Counted from the stretch's first letter, positions 35,470 through 47,276 are shown. The stretch: DNA of 64,000 nucleotides from an uncultured Nitrososphaeraceae archaeon (GCA_963729045.1 CAVSMN010000014.1:1-64000); one strand, 5' to 3'. The notes: generated by a model from the letters alone, not told the origin. Numbers and translations are program-made.

Positions 35470-36943
35470 TTGAATGATGCTACTATGACCGGGAGAATTA
35501 CTGCTGAATCTGTCGATCGAGACTTTATGCAAATAAGGTATACTGATCTTATAGGCAAGTTTCTCGCAAAATATATTCAAATCGATAAAGAGTTAATTCA
35601 GGATGTTTTTAGAAAGGGGATAGGGTTGGATGGTTCTTCAGTAATTGGTTTTTCAACTATAGATGAGTCTGATATGATGCTGTTTCCTGATAGAAAAACA
35701 TTAAGAAAAATACCTTTGTCAAGCTATGAAATAATGACTGTTATTGCTGATGTTTACAATGGATTTGATCAAGGTAGATCTCGAAAAGATCCACGGAGCG
35801 TTTCGCAAACTCTTGAGGATCACCTTGCCGTGAGTCAGATTGCGTGTCAAGTAGGTGCTGAGGTTGAATGCTTTGTATTTGATCAAATAATCTTTGATAT
35901 GGAAAAGAATGACCCCGCAAGTAATAATGTAAATGGTCGGAATCGTGCAAAAGATGTTTCAATCCTATCTTCAGAACAATATGGAATTGGGAAATATCCT
36001 ATTCGTAAAAAATCTGGGTATGATGTTCCTACTTTTCAAGACTCTCTGATTGAATTTCGGTTTGAGGTAGCTAATATATTGAAACAATATTATGATATCA
36101 ATGTCACAAATATGAATCACGAAGTGGCTAGTAGTGGCCAAATTGAAATCAATTTTATGCATGATTACTTGACTCAATCCGCCGACAACGTTCAGATTTA
36201 TAAAGATGTAGTCAGAAATGTGGCAAAAAAATACAACAAGATTGCAAATTTCATGCCAAAACCAATTTTTGATCCTCTGAACAATGAAAATAGTGATAAT
36301 GGATCAGGTATGCACGTAAGCATAAGCTTATGGACAAAATCAGCAAATAAGAATGCCAATTTATTTTATGATGAGTCTGATGATTACGCCGAATTGAGCC
36401 AAACTGGGCGATACTTCATAGGCGGTATTTTAGATCATGCTAGATCATTATCTGCAATAGTAACTCCAACCGTAAATTCGTATAAAAGGATTATACCAGG
36501 ATTTGAGGCACCCGTCTATATTGCTTGGGCTAGGGGAAATAGATCTGCTGTAGTTAGACTCCCAGTCAACGAAAAAAAGAGTTCGAACTCAAAAAGAATT
36601 GAGTGACCGGGCACCCGATCCTTCCGCAAATCCCTATCTTGCTTTCTCTGCCATAGTTGCAGCAGGATTGGACGGAATAAATAGAAAAATTGAACCAGGG
36701 AACCCTGTTAGTGAGGACATTTACAAAATGTCTGACTCAAGGAGGAAGGATCTTGGAATAGGTGTTCTACCTGGTAGTTTGGAGGAAGCGTTATCTTCGT
36801 TGAAAAGTGATTCAAATTATCTAAACCTTTGTTTTCACCATGATTTAATCAGTACGTATTCGGATCTTAAAAATAAGGAAATAGTGGAAATAGGTAACGA
36901 TGAATCAGTCATAAATCAATTCATGTTTTACTATGATGTCTAA
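35470..36943 (+). CDS. glnA: glutamine synthetase type I; 1-nt insertion at ~36605
   Basis: DGSS, HEVA..GQIEI, ANFMPKP, NGSGMH, NSYKR..PGFEAP, NRSA; GAG T(G)AC CGG GCA CCC GAT restores RIEYRAPDPSANPYL. Confidence 0.93.
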
Positions 36944-37003
36944 GAATATTATTTCTTTCGTATCTTATATTTCTTTTATCTTATTCTTTTATATCCAATG
37001 CGC

Positions 37004-37222
37004 TCATCTTTTCTGTTCTTTTCTCAATAGGACTAAATCCTCAATATTATTGGGGTTCATATATACTTCTCCCCGTGTAGCCTCTTTGATACCGACAATA
37101 GGTTCATCACATTCTGGACATATTTGAAAATAAACAAAAATACTGGCACTTCTCTTATTTTTTCCAACAAGCGTATTACGCATGTTAGAATGAAATTGGC
37201 TCTGACATGTGGGACATTCCAT
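37004..37222 (-). CDS. small CPxC zinc-finger protein
   Basis: MECPTC...CPECDEP. Confidence 0.75.
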   Translation of the reverse strand: MECPTCQSQFHSNMRNTLVGKNKRSASIFVYFQICPECDEPIVGIKEATRGEVYMNPNNIEDLVLLRKEQKR

Positions 37223-37683
37223 ATTAATATTTTAATTTGAATTGTATATGTACTTTAACATACCCGAGAAATAATTTAGTAGTTGATTGATTAGTGCTAT
37301 TATTAAAAATATGTTGTACTAGATTCTTGACTTTTTTCCCTAACACATCTAACCATCTGAACCTCGTCTTGGCGACCTATTATAGTATCAGAATTGTATG
37401 AAATATTACTGCATAAAATGGATTATGAGGAATATCCACATAATTGGTTGTTTGCTTTCATTCTGTACCTAAAAAACATGTTTATAACATGACTGGGCAA
37501 ATGATGGTGATCAAAGGTTTGACACTAAAAATACTAAACCTGACGAATACATTATACTTAATTTTAGAATATGTGATATGATTGATAAGATAATTTCACT
37601 GTGCGTCTCTCAAAACCGTTCTAGTTACCAAATTTTGTCTTACTTCCGAATCTCGGTTTGAAACTTTATGGTTTTTTGATCGA

Positions 37684-39016
37684 TTGTTTATCCGAACAGT
37701 AATAATACGTCAATCCATGGTTTACTTGTGTATGTCTTCATTCAAGCAAGTATTTTCTCTTCCTGTTACCTCCATAATACTTGCTAGGATCATATATGCA
37801 GTAAATTGGTTTAATATTTCTTCTATTTTTTATCTCATCTTAAATGAATTTAAACAGGATGTTTCGATGTTGGGATTGGTAACTTCTGGATTTCTAATAG
37901 GGATTGGCCTTTTTCAGATTCCAGCTGGAATACTGTCGGCAAGATACGATGCAAAATTTATGATATTTTTTGGAACAATGTTGTTGTCTATATCTTCTCT
38001 TCTTTCAGGGTTGAGTTCAGAGTTATATCAAATGGTAATTCTAAGATTCCTAGTAGGAGTTGGGATGGCGTTTTTCTTTGGTCCTAGCGTTATTCTCATT
38101 TCAAAATATTTGGGTAAAGGATCAGATGGGCTAGGTGTTGGAATTTTAAATTCCGCCCATTCATTGGGTGGAATTATTGGAATATTTGGCTGGATCATCA
38201 TTGCGGAGGCTATTGGTTGGAGGACAAGTCTAGTAATCAGTGGAATCTTGGGAATACTCAGTGGATTGTTCTTGCTATACGCTCTACAGATAAAAAATTA
38301 TGATAGCTCCAATAATCTATCTAATTATTCTTTTCAGGAAAAAGTTTCCATTTTTTTTAAATTCTTTGACCTGAACAAAGAAACCCGCGATCAAAAGTCT
38401 AAATTCACAATTAATTTTGATGCCCTCAAATCTATCATGTTGAATAAACATATGATTTATGTGGGATTATCATTGCTTGGATTTCAAATAGCTTGGAATT
38501 TAGTCTCTACTTTTATCATTCTATTTCTTAGAGTCGAACTTGATATTACCTCTTCAATTGCGGGTCTAATTGGGGGATTAACCTTGATAGTGAATGTTAT
38601 ATTTGCTCCTTTTATTGGTAGAATTTATGATAAATTAACTCGAAAAAATAATTTCAATAATGATATAATATTGTTGCTAATATGTGGAATAGTTATTTCA
38701 GTAAATATCATTTGTTTTTCATATGCTTAATATTTATTTCTTGATCCCTTCAATAATGATAATTGGAATTTTTGCATCAGGAGGATTTGTAATTCCATAT
38801 GCATTGGCAAGGAGATTAGCCTTGGAGAAACTCGGATTGCCTAAATATGAAATTCTTGCTGTTAGTTTTGTTAACGGATTATCTTTACTTGGAGCTTTTT
38901 GGGTTCCATTTGTATTCTCTATCATGGTAAAATCATTTGGTTATTCTTTGGCATGGTTGTTTGGTGGATTATTGGTTTTAGTTTTCATAATTCCAATCAT
39001 AAAACTCCGCAGCTAA
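37684..39016 (+). CDS. MFS transporter; 1-nt frameshift at ~38722
   Basis: About 12 TM segments over two abutting ORFs; G.L..R motif, LRFLVGVG; true start probably 37732. Confidence 0.88.
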
Positions 39017-39164
39017 AGTCATAATCATTCTAGTTTCGAGTTACTTCTCTCAAACAGAATCCTTTTGTGATAATAGGCGGGTTTTTATTGACTATTGTCA
39101 ATTATTTATCAGGAAACATTCTATCCTTTAATCCCACTTTAAACAATTTTGGATCTTCCACTTC

Positions 39165-39557
39165 TCAAGTAATATCTGTGATGAATTTTCCAGGACTCGA
39201 TGAATCATCTAATTCTGTTGGAATATTTTTGTTTAGAAATATTCTATATCCTAACTTGTTGATCATAGAATTCATGTTAGAAGCATCTCGAAGCGTTTTC
39301 CTTTCTATATATGCAAAGTCCTTCTCACAGTTAATATTTAGATCGCTATTTTCTTTAAAATATTTATTCTTGACAAAATTCAATACATCATTCCATGTAT
39401 ATGCCTTTATTCTATCGATTGGTTCCCTAGACTCAGGAACGGTTGTCTCGTCGTTGTATTCAAAAACTTCAAAGTAGTCAATCGACTTGTTACACTCTCC
39501 ACAGTAAGTCTTCTTACTAATTTGTCTACATTTTTCACATTGTAATATTATGGCCAT
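39165..39557 (-). CDS. hypothetical protein with N-terminal zinc ribbon
   Basis: CEKC...CGEC. Confidence 0.65.
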   Translation of the reverse strand: MAIILQCEKCRQISKKTYCGECNKSIDYFEVFEYNDETTVPESREPIDRIKAYTWNDVLNFVKNKYFKENSDLNINCEKDFAYIERKTLRDASNMNSMINKLGYRIFLNKNIPTELDDSSSPGKFITDIT

Positions 39558-39955
39558 ATTAGAATATTATCAGATCATGAGCATATTTATTAAATACTTA
39601 CAAATGTGCTATCAGCAGCCACAATATAAGACAAGTATTATTTTACATTGCAAACTATAATTTCTCATCACTATTATCCGTATTTCTAATTGTAAATCAA
39701 AGCCGAAAGGACTGGCAATATCATCTAAAATAAAGCCGAGCTCAAACTCGGGGAATGCCAAGGGTAGTAAAGCATATCCATGCATGTCCCTTGATGATTC
39801 TTTCTTGAACTAACAAATAATATTAATCTCAATGGATCTGGATCTCCCAAAAATTTACTCCTCTCGCTCTGTTGGGATTTCCCAATATTTTTGATTTGTA
39901 GGCAACCAAATTCAAAAATTATTTGTCTTCTATTTCTAATAATGTCATATTCCTG

Positions 39956-41167
39956 TTAGGATGTACCGAAATAATCGGATATTCTGCTATGACTCTTTCT
40001 TGTTTTAATTATACTGCTATTTCCAATCCATTCATTTTTTGATATGGTTAAGTTATTACACGCGAAGGATAGTGCCATGTCCAGTGTATCAAATTTGTTG
40101 CAGTTCATTCTCAAAGCCTCTCTTATTCCCTCTCTTATTTGCCAGACTCCGACAGGGAGAATGTATTCTGGATGTATTTCTCTAAGGACTATTACTGATG
40201 CACTTCTTTTTTGGTAATGCAGAAATTCTATGACAGCTAGCCTAGCAGCAAAATAAGATCCCCCTATTTTTGGATAGTTCTTCAGACCACTTGAATCCTC
40301 GGAATCTGTTTCTATCTTTGCATCTCCTTTTTTGTCTATCCATGCTTCATGCATCTCAAAACTCCATAATTCATCTGGGATTAAGACAATGGAATAATAA
40401 TTCCCCAGGTGAACGTATTTGTAGATCCTAGTCCGATCGAGTGGTTGAAAGGTATTAGTTTTTTTTATCAAGTCAGATGAAATTATTTGATCAATTGCAG
40501 AGATGCTCCATTTGGTCGGTACGAGTCTTCTATTTTTTTTAATTCCAATCATTCCTAAACTTAGGATTTTACTAATTTTACTTATCTCAATTCCTTCTTC
40601 GTATAAATAGTTGATTGCTTCTATGGCTCTAAAATCAAGATCATAAAATGCTTTTTCAATTTTCTTGTTACTAGAAATATTTGAAGGCAGTTTCAAACTC
40701 TCTAATTCTGATGCCATCCCGAATTGGATCGTGTCAGAATCCGATGTCGTCCTTGATGAGATTTCTTCCAAATTCAATTTGGGTTTTCTCTCAAATGTAA
40801 CTTCTATTTCAGTAGATCTAGTTGCCATAGTTAATTCCTGAAGGGATTGAATATAGCGATCAGCATTCAAATTTGTTTTTACATGAGTTGAATGTGTGCC
40901 TCTGATTAGAGATAGTTTGTATCTTATTATATCTTCAATGGACTTTCCTGCCCATTTTTCGGGGTGATCCAGTATTGTCGAATCGGTTTGCAATGGTGAA
41001 AATAGGGGTCCTACTTTTACTTTTGGATATGTGTAACTGCTAACGAACACGGAGGGAGGAGATCCACCTGATATTTTTTCTGAAAGATTATTAAAGTTCG
41101 ATCTTAAGATCTGTTCCCAACCTTCTGTTATGCGTTTTTTTATCTCCTCGGTGTTCTTGCCATGCAT
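39956..41167 (-). CDS. nreA: Nre-family DNA repair protein
   Basis: GSPPSVFV..YPKV, RRLVPTKWSISAID, GGSYFAARL, YILPVGVWQIRE; C-terminal PIP-like HSRISDYF. Confidence 0.9.
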   Translation of the reverse strand: MHGKNTEEIKKRITEGWEQILRSNFNNLSEKISGGSPPSVFVSSYTYPKVKVGPLFSPLQTDSTILDHPEKWAGKSIEDIIRYKLSLIRGTHSTHVKTNLNADRYIQSLQELTMATRSTEIEVTFERKPKLNLEEISSRTTSDSDTIQFGMASELESLKLPSNISSNKKIEKAFYDLDFRAIEAINYLYEEGIEISKISKILSLGMIGIKKNRRLVPTKWSISAIDQIISSDLIKKTNTFQPLDRTRIYKYVHLGNYYSIVLIPDELWSFEMHEAWIDKKGDAKIETDSEDSSGLKNYPKIGGSYFAARLAVIEFLHYQKRSASVIVLREIHPEYILPVGVWQIREGIREALRMNCNKFDTLDMALSFACNNLTISKNEWIGNSSIIKTRKSHSRISDYFGTS

Positions 41168-41301
41168 TGCAAATTGAATCTGTTTGTTAATGATCTTATT
41201 TGAATTTACATCCTACAATGATGGAACCAGAGATTGATAGATCAGGAAATTTGGTTAGAATTATGAGGAGACCATTTTGATGTAATTTGAGAGTAATTTT
41301 A

Positions 41302-43180
41302 TTATTTCAATTTTTTGAGTAATTCTGGTACAGGTAATGTATTTAGAATATCATTTCTTCCTGCCCACCCTCTTCTTGCTTGTCCTATACCAAATTCCAA
41401 AAATGCATAATGCAGGGGGTGATGAGCATCTGAATCAACAACTAATTTAACTTCATTCTGTATAGCTGTTCTTATGTATTCATCACGTAAATCTAACCTG
41501 TTATAGTGAGAATCAATTTCCAGAATTGTGTTAGTTTCGTTTGCAATTGTCATTAATTTCGGAATATCCACAGGATAGCCATCTCTTTTATTAATGATTC
41601 TGCCAGTTGGATGAAAGATAATATCTACACTCGGATTTTGGGCTGCTTTAATTAACCTATTTGTTTGTACCTCTATTGGTTGAGAAAAATTAGAATGAAT
41701 TGCAGCACCTACTATGTCTAATTTATCCAAAATGTTGTTTGGAATGTCTAATGAACCGTCGCTAAGGATGTTTACTTCTGCTGAAGAAAGTATTCTAAAG
41801 TCACTCAAATTCCTTTCGCTTTTTTTTCTCTTCTTTTCGTAGTTGCTTGTTTTCCTTTCTAACTGTTTTTCTTCATTATGTTTATTTAGATCCACAAAGA
41901 AAGTACCGCTTTTTATTGAATCATTAAATTCTTGAATCTTATGTGCTTGGTCTAGTAGCTGTTGTTCGTCTAATCCCCTAGCGATTCTTAGGCTTTTTGT
42001 GTGATCTGTGATGGCGATATAATCAAGATTAAAATTCGTCATTGCAAAATATGCCATCTCTTTTATTGACATTTTCCCGTCCGTATTGTTTGAATGTACT
42101 TGTAGATCTCCTTTTATATCACCATACTTTATCAATCCTTTCATTTTTTCCTGCCACTCCTTTGACCCTTTCTTTGCTATCTCGATTTCTCCACTGTTTT
42201 CTCTCAATTCTGGAGGGATCCATTCCAACCCTAATTCATTGTACAACTGTTCTTCTGATTCGCCTGATATTTTTTGATCGGATTTAATATCAAATAATCC
42301 CCATTCATTTAAGCGAAGTGCCTTGGATTGTGCTAATCTTCGCAATGCTATTCCGTGTTCCTTACTTCCGGTAAAATATTGTAATGCTGCTCCATAACTT
42401 TCTTTAGGAACGACCAATAAATCGGAATCTAATCCATTATTAAATTTAATAAATGCTTTAGTACCACCTTTGCTTAGAATTTCTTTAACTTCGGGCATAT
42501 TTACGAATGAATTAATTACTTTATCTGGATTGTCTGAAACTACTAGAAAATCGATATCACCTATGGTTTCCTTCATTCTTCTAAAGGATCCTACTGCTGT
42601 TACAGTAGAAACGTTTTCCAAATTTGTTAAATATTTTTCTATTTGCTTTACCAATGGATAAATATCTCCAAGTAGATGCCTTTTTTTGCCTATGTTGTGT
42701 AATTCAATTCTCCTTAGTATTTTTTCTTCTTTTTTTTTAGAAATTCCTGAAATCCCGTTCAACTTCCCTTCTCTAGCAGCCCTTTCTAAATCACTGAGAT
42801 TTCTTATGGGTAACTTGTCAATTATTACTCTCAAAGTTTTCGGACCTATTCCTTCTAAGCCTACGAAATCATCTATCTTTATGGGGTATTTCGATTTTAG
42901 TATTTCATAATATTCAATCTTGCCTGTTTCAATATATTCTTCTATTTTTGAGGAGATTGCTTTACCAATAGAAGGAATTTGTATTAATCCATTAATCCCT
43001 CTTTCCTCATAAAGAGATGTAATACTTAGCGGAAGGTTATCAATTTGATCAGCTGCTCTAATATATGCTCTATTTTTGAAATTTAAATTAGTCTTGTTAT
43101 CATCATTATCATTATCCAACTCCAGTAGAAATGAAATCTTACGAAGGATATCAGAAATCTCTAGCGTTTGTAAGTTTCAC
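41302..43180 (-). CDS. polX: DNA polymerase X with PHP domain; 1-nt insertion at ~43165 separates the true N-terminus
   Basis: GTG at 43180 gives MKLTN|LEISDILRKISFLLELD; GSFRR.KETIGDID, YFTGSKEH, PPELRE; PHP motifs ITDH, HPTGR, SDAH. Confidence 0.93.
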
Positions 43181-43485
43181 ACTATAACTCATTCTCGGGT
43201 ATTCATTAATTTTCTCATTGATTTGTTTTGGTGATTGGGTTGATGTTTGAAAGGGGGTGAAACAGTGGACACCAGTAATCAATATTTTTCATTTATTTAT
43301 ATGGCAGTCTTGAATTTTTATATCATATAATTTGATCAAAAAATTATATCATTAAACGATAATATTTATAATATTTATAGATGATACTAAAAGATATGTA
43401 GATCATGTACCAATAAGGTAAGAAATATTGAAAGTTTATTACAAAATATATATATTTAGCTGGACTTATTACAAAAGAATTAGCG

Positions 43486-43644
43486 ATGTTAGTCGAATCC
43501 TTAACCATTGGGATAATCATAGGGGTATGTGGACTTGTGACTTGGTTAGTAAAGAATAAGTTTCAACCAGAAATTGAACGTGATATACAAGAACGTGAGC
43601 AAAAGACTTTGAAATATGCTCGAGAAATACGAAAAAACCCGTAG
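43486..43644 (+). CDS. small single-pass membrane protein (52 aa)
   Basis: Not in track. MLVESLTIGIIIGVCGLVTWLVKNKFQPEIERDIQEREQKTLKYAREIRKNP; TM helix plus charged helix. Confidence 0.7.
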   Translation: MLVESLTIGIIIGVCGLVTWLVKNKFQPEIERDIQEREQKTLKYAREIRKNP

Positions 43645-43692
43645 AAATATTACTACTTTATTACACTAGACATATTCTGGGATTATTGAATA

Positions 43693-44220
43693 TCAATCCA
43701 TGGTTAAAATTTTTTTGGCCTGATTTAGTTTTTCAAATAATTCTTTGATGAACAAATCGGCAAACTTGTCAAAATCAATTGTTCCAAATTGCTTCTTATA
43801 TTCTTCTTTGCGTTTATTATATTCGTCTTCAAGCCATAGAAAATCTGCTTCTTTCAATCTTACAATGAATCTATTAGTTTTAGCTTTGGATTCAAATACA
43901 TTTATCATAAAAATTCCTGCAAATTGTGTAAAATTTTTTAATTTATATTTTCTCATATATTCCTCTTTATGAATTTCATAGTTTTCTTTTAACCATGTTT
44001 TTACATCCATCCTAATTGTCAACGAGGTGTACACTCCGGAAAAGTCTAATTTCAGATTATGCATTTCAACAGAATAATGACCACGTTTGATTTCATTCAT
44101 CATAATTATTAGGGCACTTGGAAGAAACATTCCTGGGTAATATTCATCTGTAGAGTTCTGTAGTTTGTTTAGTATAGATGGTTTTAGCCCGATAGTTGCA
44201 TATCCCTTCGTAGGCATCAT
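43693..44220 (-). CDS. protein of internal repeats, ribbon-helix-helix-like; putative DNA-binding regulator
   Basis: WLKENYEIHKEEYMRKYKLKNFTQFAGIFMINVFE versus WLEDEYNKRKEEYKKQFGTIDFDKFADLFIKELFE; each unit preceded by an alternating beta-strand (YATIGL, YTSLTI, FIVRL). Confidence 0.6.
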   Translation of the reverse strand: MMPTKGYATIGLKPSILNKLQNSTDEYYPGMFLPSALIIMMNEIKRGHYSVEMHNLKLDFSGVYTSLTIRMDVKTWLKENYEIHKEEYMRKYKLKNFTQFAGIFMINVFESKAKTNRFIVRLKEADFLWLEDEYNKRKEEYKKQFGTIDFDKFADLFIKELFEKLNQAKKILTMD

Positions 44221-44289
44221 TTTTATTCACTTTAGTATGCTTATTAACTTATTTTGGATGAGGCTAAAAAATAAAATGGTGAATTATTT

Positions 44290-45811
44290 TTAGTGAGATG
44301 GGGGTACATAATTCTTCAGGTCTTCACCATTGACAACATCTTCCTCAGGTGGTACATAGTCCACAACTCCATGTCGCTTGAATCCTGGATCCTTCTTCTG
44401 AGTAAGCAATGCTACGATTATGAAAAGAACAAACGATACTATGGGTGGTATAAAAGTATCTAATCCTGCATACTCTGGTGGGGTAGTATAATACAATACC
44501 AATCTTAGGGTGGACCCTACCACAATTGATGCGATTGCAGCCGGCCAGTTTGCCTTCTTCCAAAACAGACCTAATGTAAGTGGAGCCCATAACCCTGCAA
44601 ATACTATATCAAATGCAAGTATTAAATAAATTCCTGGACGAGGGATTGCTGCTCCGAGGAGAAGACCTGATAGCATTACTGGTATCGTTACACATCGAGT
44701 TAATATAAGCAACTTTTTATCCTCTATTCCGGCTTTTTTGAATAATGATCTAAGGATGTCTCTTTGAATCAAGTTTCTCGCTATAACACTTGAGATCGCA
44801 AGAAGACCACCGTTAGCAGTTGACATAGACGCGCCTAAAACTCCCATTAGTAAAGCAGCTCCTATTGGAAACGGAAGTAGGTTGATAGCAAGTAGAGGAT
44901 ACACTGTGTACGGATCTTCTATGTCTGGTAACATGTATAACGCAATTATTCCCATCATACTCGTAGGTACAATAATTGAAATTGTTAAAATTCCAGCCAT
45001 GAATGCACCTCTTCGAGCTGTCTTGCCATCTCTTGCTGAAAATACTCTTTCCATAAAATCAAGTGCTACTACATCACCAAGACCCAATGCTATAATTCCT
45101 GCCCAGTTTACCAAAGCCCCGTTTTTAGGATCGGTTAGACCGGACAAATCCAAATAGCTCTCTGGCGTGGCAGACAAGAATAGTTCCTAAATCCACTCCT
45201 CCAAATCCAAAGGCAAAATACAGAAATGCTGCCCAGAATGCTCCGATAGTTAAGTAAACCTGGAAAATATCTGTATACGCAGAAGAAAATAACCCTCCCG
45301 CAAACGTATATACCAATACCGCCAATGAAACAATTAGCATACCCCAGAAAAGTGGAATGTGCAAGACAGTTGACAGTATAAATCCCCCTGCTGCAAAATT
45401 CCCTGCAACTAATATTATGAAACTTAAAGACAAAAGTATGGATGACATTCCCTCTGCGCCAACACCATATCTTCTATAATAAAAATCTGGAAGGGTGAGC
45501 ATGGACATTTTGTTTACCCTTTTCGCATAGAAAATTCCTGTTATTATTAAACAAGATGCCAATCCAATTGGTATCGCAGCTCCAGCCCAAAAACCAAATT
45601 GATAAACAAGTGCCACGTTACCTAAGGAAGAGTTACCATCGATTGATTGAGCTGAAAGCATTGTTCCTACAAATATTAACGGTAGGCTCTTTCCTGCAAC
45701 CATGTATCTTTTGCTACTTTTTTTTACCATCATGGAAGTTAATACTCCCACAGACAGGACCAGCCCCATGAACGAGAGAACTGCTATACCATAAGCATCT
45801 ATGAAAACCAA
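44290..45811 (-). CDS. sodium:solute symporter (SSS family); 1-nt insertion at ~45178
   Basis: YMVAGKSL, TLPDFYYRRYG, YTFAGGLFSSAYTDIFQ, ERVFSAR, ASMSTANG, GLFWKKAN; two overlapping ORFs rejoin as GTILSATPE. Confidence 0.92.
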
Positions 45812-46026
45812 TGTTATTGGTATTTAGTTAGTAAATATATAAATATTATTAATTTAATGAATACTATTTTTTTTGATTCCTTTTTCATAAATAATTTCGG
45901 AAACTTTGCTTCAAAAAATGAAATTTCCCGATCTGTATATCTGACGCTATGTTATTTGACTGGTTATTCCTTATGTATGGTGGTTATACCACTAAGATCA
46001 ATACATAATATGTTATGGCAAGAAAA

Positions 46027-46041
46027 GACGTAAACTACGTC
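46027..46041. promoter_or_regulatory. palindromic operator-like site GACGTA-AAC-TACGTC
   Basis: Perfect 6-bp inverted repeat in the SSS/ureohydrolase divergent region. Confidence 0.65.
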
Positions 46042-46099
46042 AAATGTAATAATTGTGAATATTAAGCATAATATATTCGGTTGTCGAACTTTTTTTTAA

Positions 46100-46111
46100 A
46101 CGTAGTTTACT
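46100..46111. promoter_or_regulatory. second operator-like site ACGTA-GTT-TACT
   Basis: 11 nt (46100-46110) are the exact reverse complement of 46030-46040; lies just upstream of TTTATTAA TATA-like box at ~46120. Confidence 0.6.
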
Positions 46112-46157
46112 TAACAATATTTATTAATTATTCATAGACATAATAATTAGATATTAT

Positions 46158-47276
46158 ATGGGAATGGAATTTTACGGAGATTCTTACAAGGGAAATGACG
46201 AACCTATTTTTGTTGGCATACCTACTTTTCTAAAACTACCTTATGTCAAAAAAAATGAAGAATTGCAAAAGATAAAGCCTGACATCGCAATAGTAGGAGA
46301 GCCTTTCGATTTTGGAACTACGATAAGACCTGGTTCTCGTTACGGCCCAAGAGCAATTAGAGCTGCATCTACTGTTCCTTCTCCACCTTATGAACATTTC
46401 AACATTGAAACTGGGGTCGACCCGTTTGGAGTCTTTAAAGCTGTTGACTACGGTGATGTCAATATCTCTCCTGGGGATGTCATTGAGTCTCATAGACGGA
46501 TGACTAATAAAGTTAAAGAAGTTCTCGATATAGATGCAATCCCAATAATTTTGGGCGGAGATCATTCAGTGACCTTTGCAAACGTTCGTGCACTTTCTAA
46601 AAAATATAAGAACATAGGAATGATCCATATTGATTGTCATGCTGATTGCGCACCACAAGGACTTTGTGGATTCAAATATGATCATGGAGCTCACATTAGA
46701 CGAATCATGGAATTGGGATGTCTTAAGGGAAAAAATTATACGCTTATAGGTCCTAGAGGTTATTGGCCAGGACCAGATCTGTACAAATGGATGGCCGACC
46801 AGGATTTTCAGTGGTTTACGATGCTTGATGTGGAGGAATTAGGTATTGATCAGATTGCCAAAGAGGCTGCGGATAGGGCAAACGACGATGTTGATGCTGT
46901 TTATGTTAGTTGGGATATCGACACTTTTGATCCTGCGTACGCACCAGGAACCGGTGAACCAGAGCCCAATGGTCTAACTTCAAGGGAAGGGATGAAGCTA
47001 ATGAGATTATTATCAACTTCATTTGATCCAGATAGATTTGCATTCGATCTTGTTGAGGTTTCCCCAACATATGATGTAAGTGACGTTAATTCTTATAACG
47101 GAGGTATTACATCTGGGCTCGCAAATCGTTTGATAGTTGAATTAATGGCAGGGTTATCCTTGACCAAAAAGGGCGAATCTGAAGGAAAGCCTGTACGACC
47201 CAAATTTTATCGTGGTAAGGGAAATACATACGATTTTGGAAACGGTCCTAAAGCAAAGATACCAAAAAGAAAGTAA
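46158..47276 (+). CDS. ureohydrolase (agmatinase/guanidinobutyrase/guanidinase superfamily)
   Basis: PTFLKLP, RPGSRYGPRAIR, GGDHS, HIDCHAD, SWDIDTFDP, PGTGEPE, DLVEVSP; all binuclear-metal ligands present. Confidence 0.93.
   Translation: MGMEFYGDSYKGNDEPIFVGIPTFLKLPYVKKNEELQKIKPDIAIVGEPFDFGTTIRPGSRYGPRAIRAASTVPSPPYEHFNIETGVDPFGVFKAVDYGDVNISPGDVIESHRRMTNKVKEVLDIDAIPIILGGDHSVTFANVRALSKKYKNIGMIHIDCHADCAPQGLCGFKYDHGAHIRRIMELGCLKGKNYTLIGPRGYWPGPDLYKWMADQDFQWFTMLDVEELGIDQIAKEAADRANDDVDAVYVSWDIDTFDPAYAPGTGEPEPNGLTSREGMKLMRLLSTSFDPDRFAFDLVEVSPTYDVSDVNSYNGGITSGLANRLIVELMAGLSLTKKGESEGKPVRPKFYRGKGNTYDFGNGPKAKIPKRK

Noticed and set aside
36598..36612. RF2-like programmed +1 frameshift at GAG-TGA-C in glnA
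   Set aside because: A +1 slip would put Asp where an aromatic residue is conserved (IE[F/Y]R); deleting one G gives TAC and restores the motif; many similar indels occur in the window.
45812..46157. Guanidine riboswitch or NrpR box upstream of the SSS/ureohydrolase genes
   Set aside because: No ACGR tandem hairpins or ykkC-type consensus visible, and no exact GGAA-N6-TTCC.
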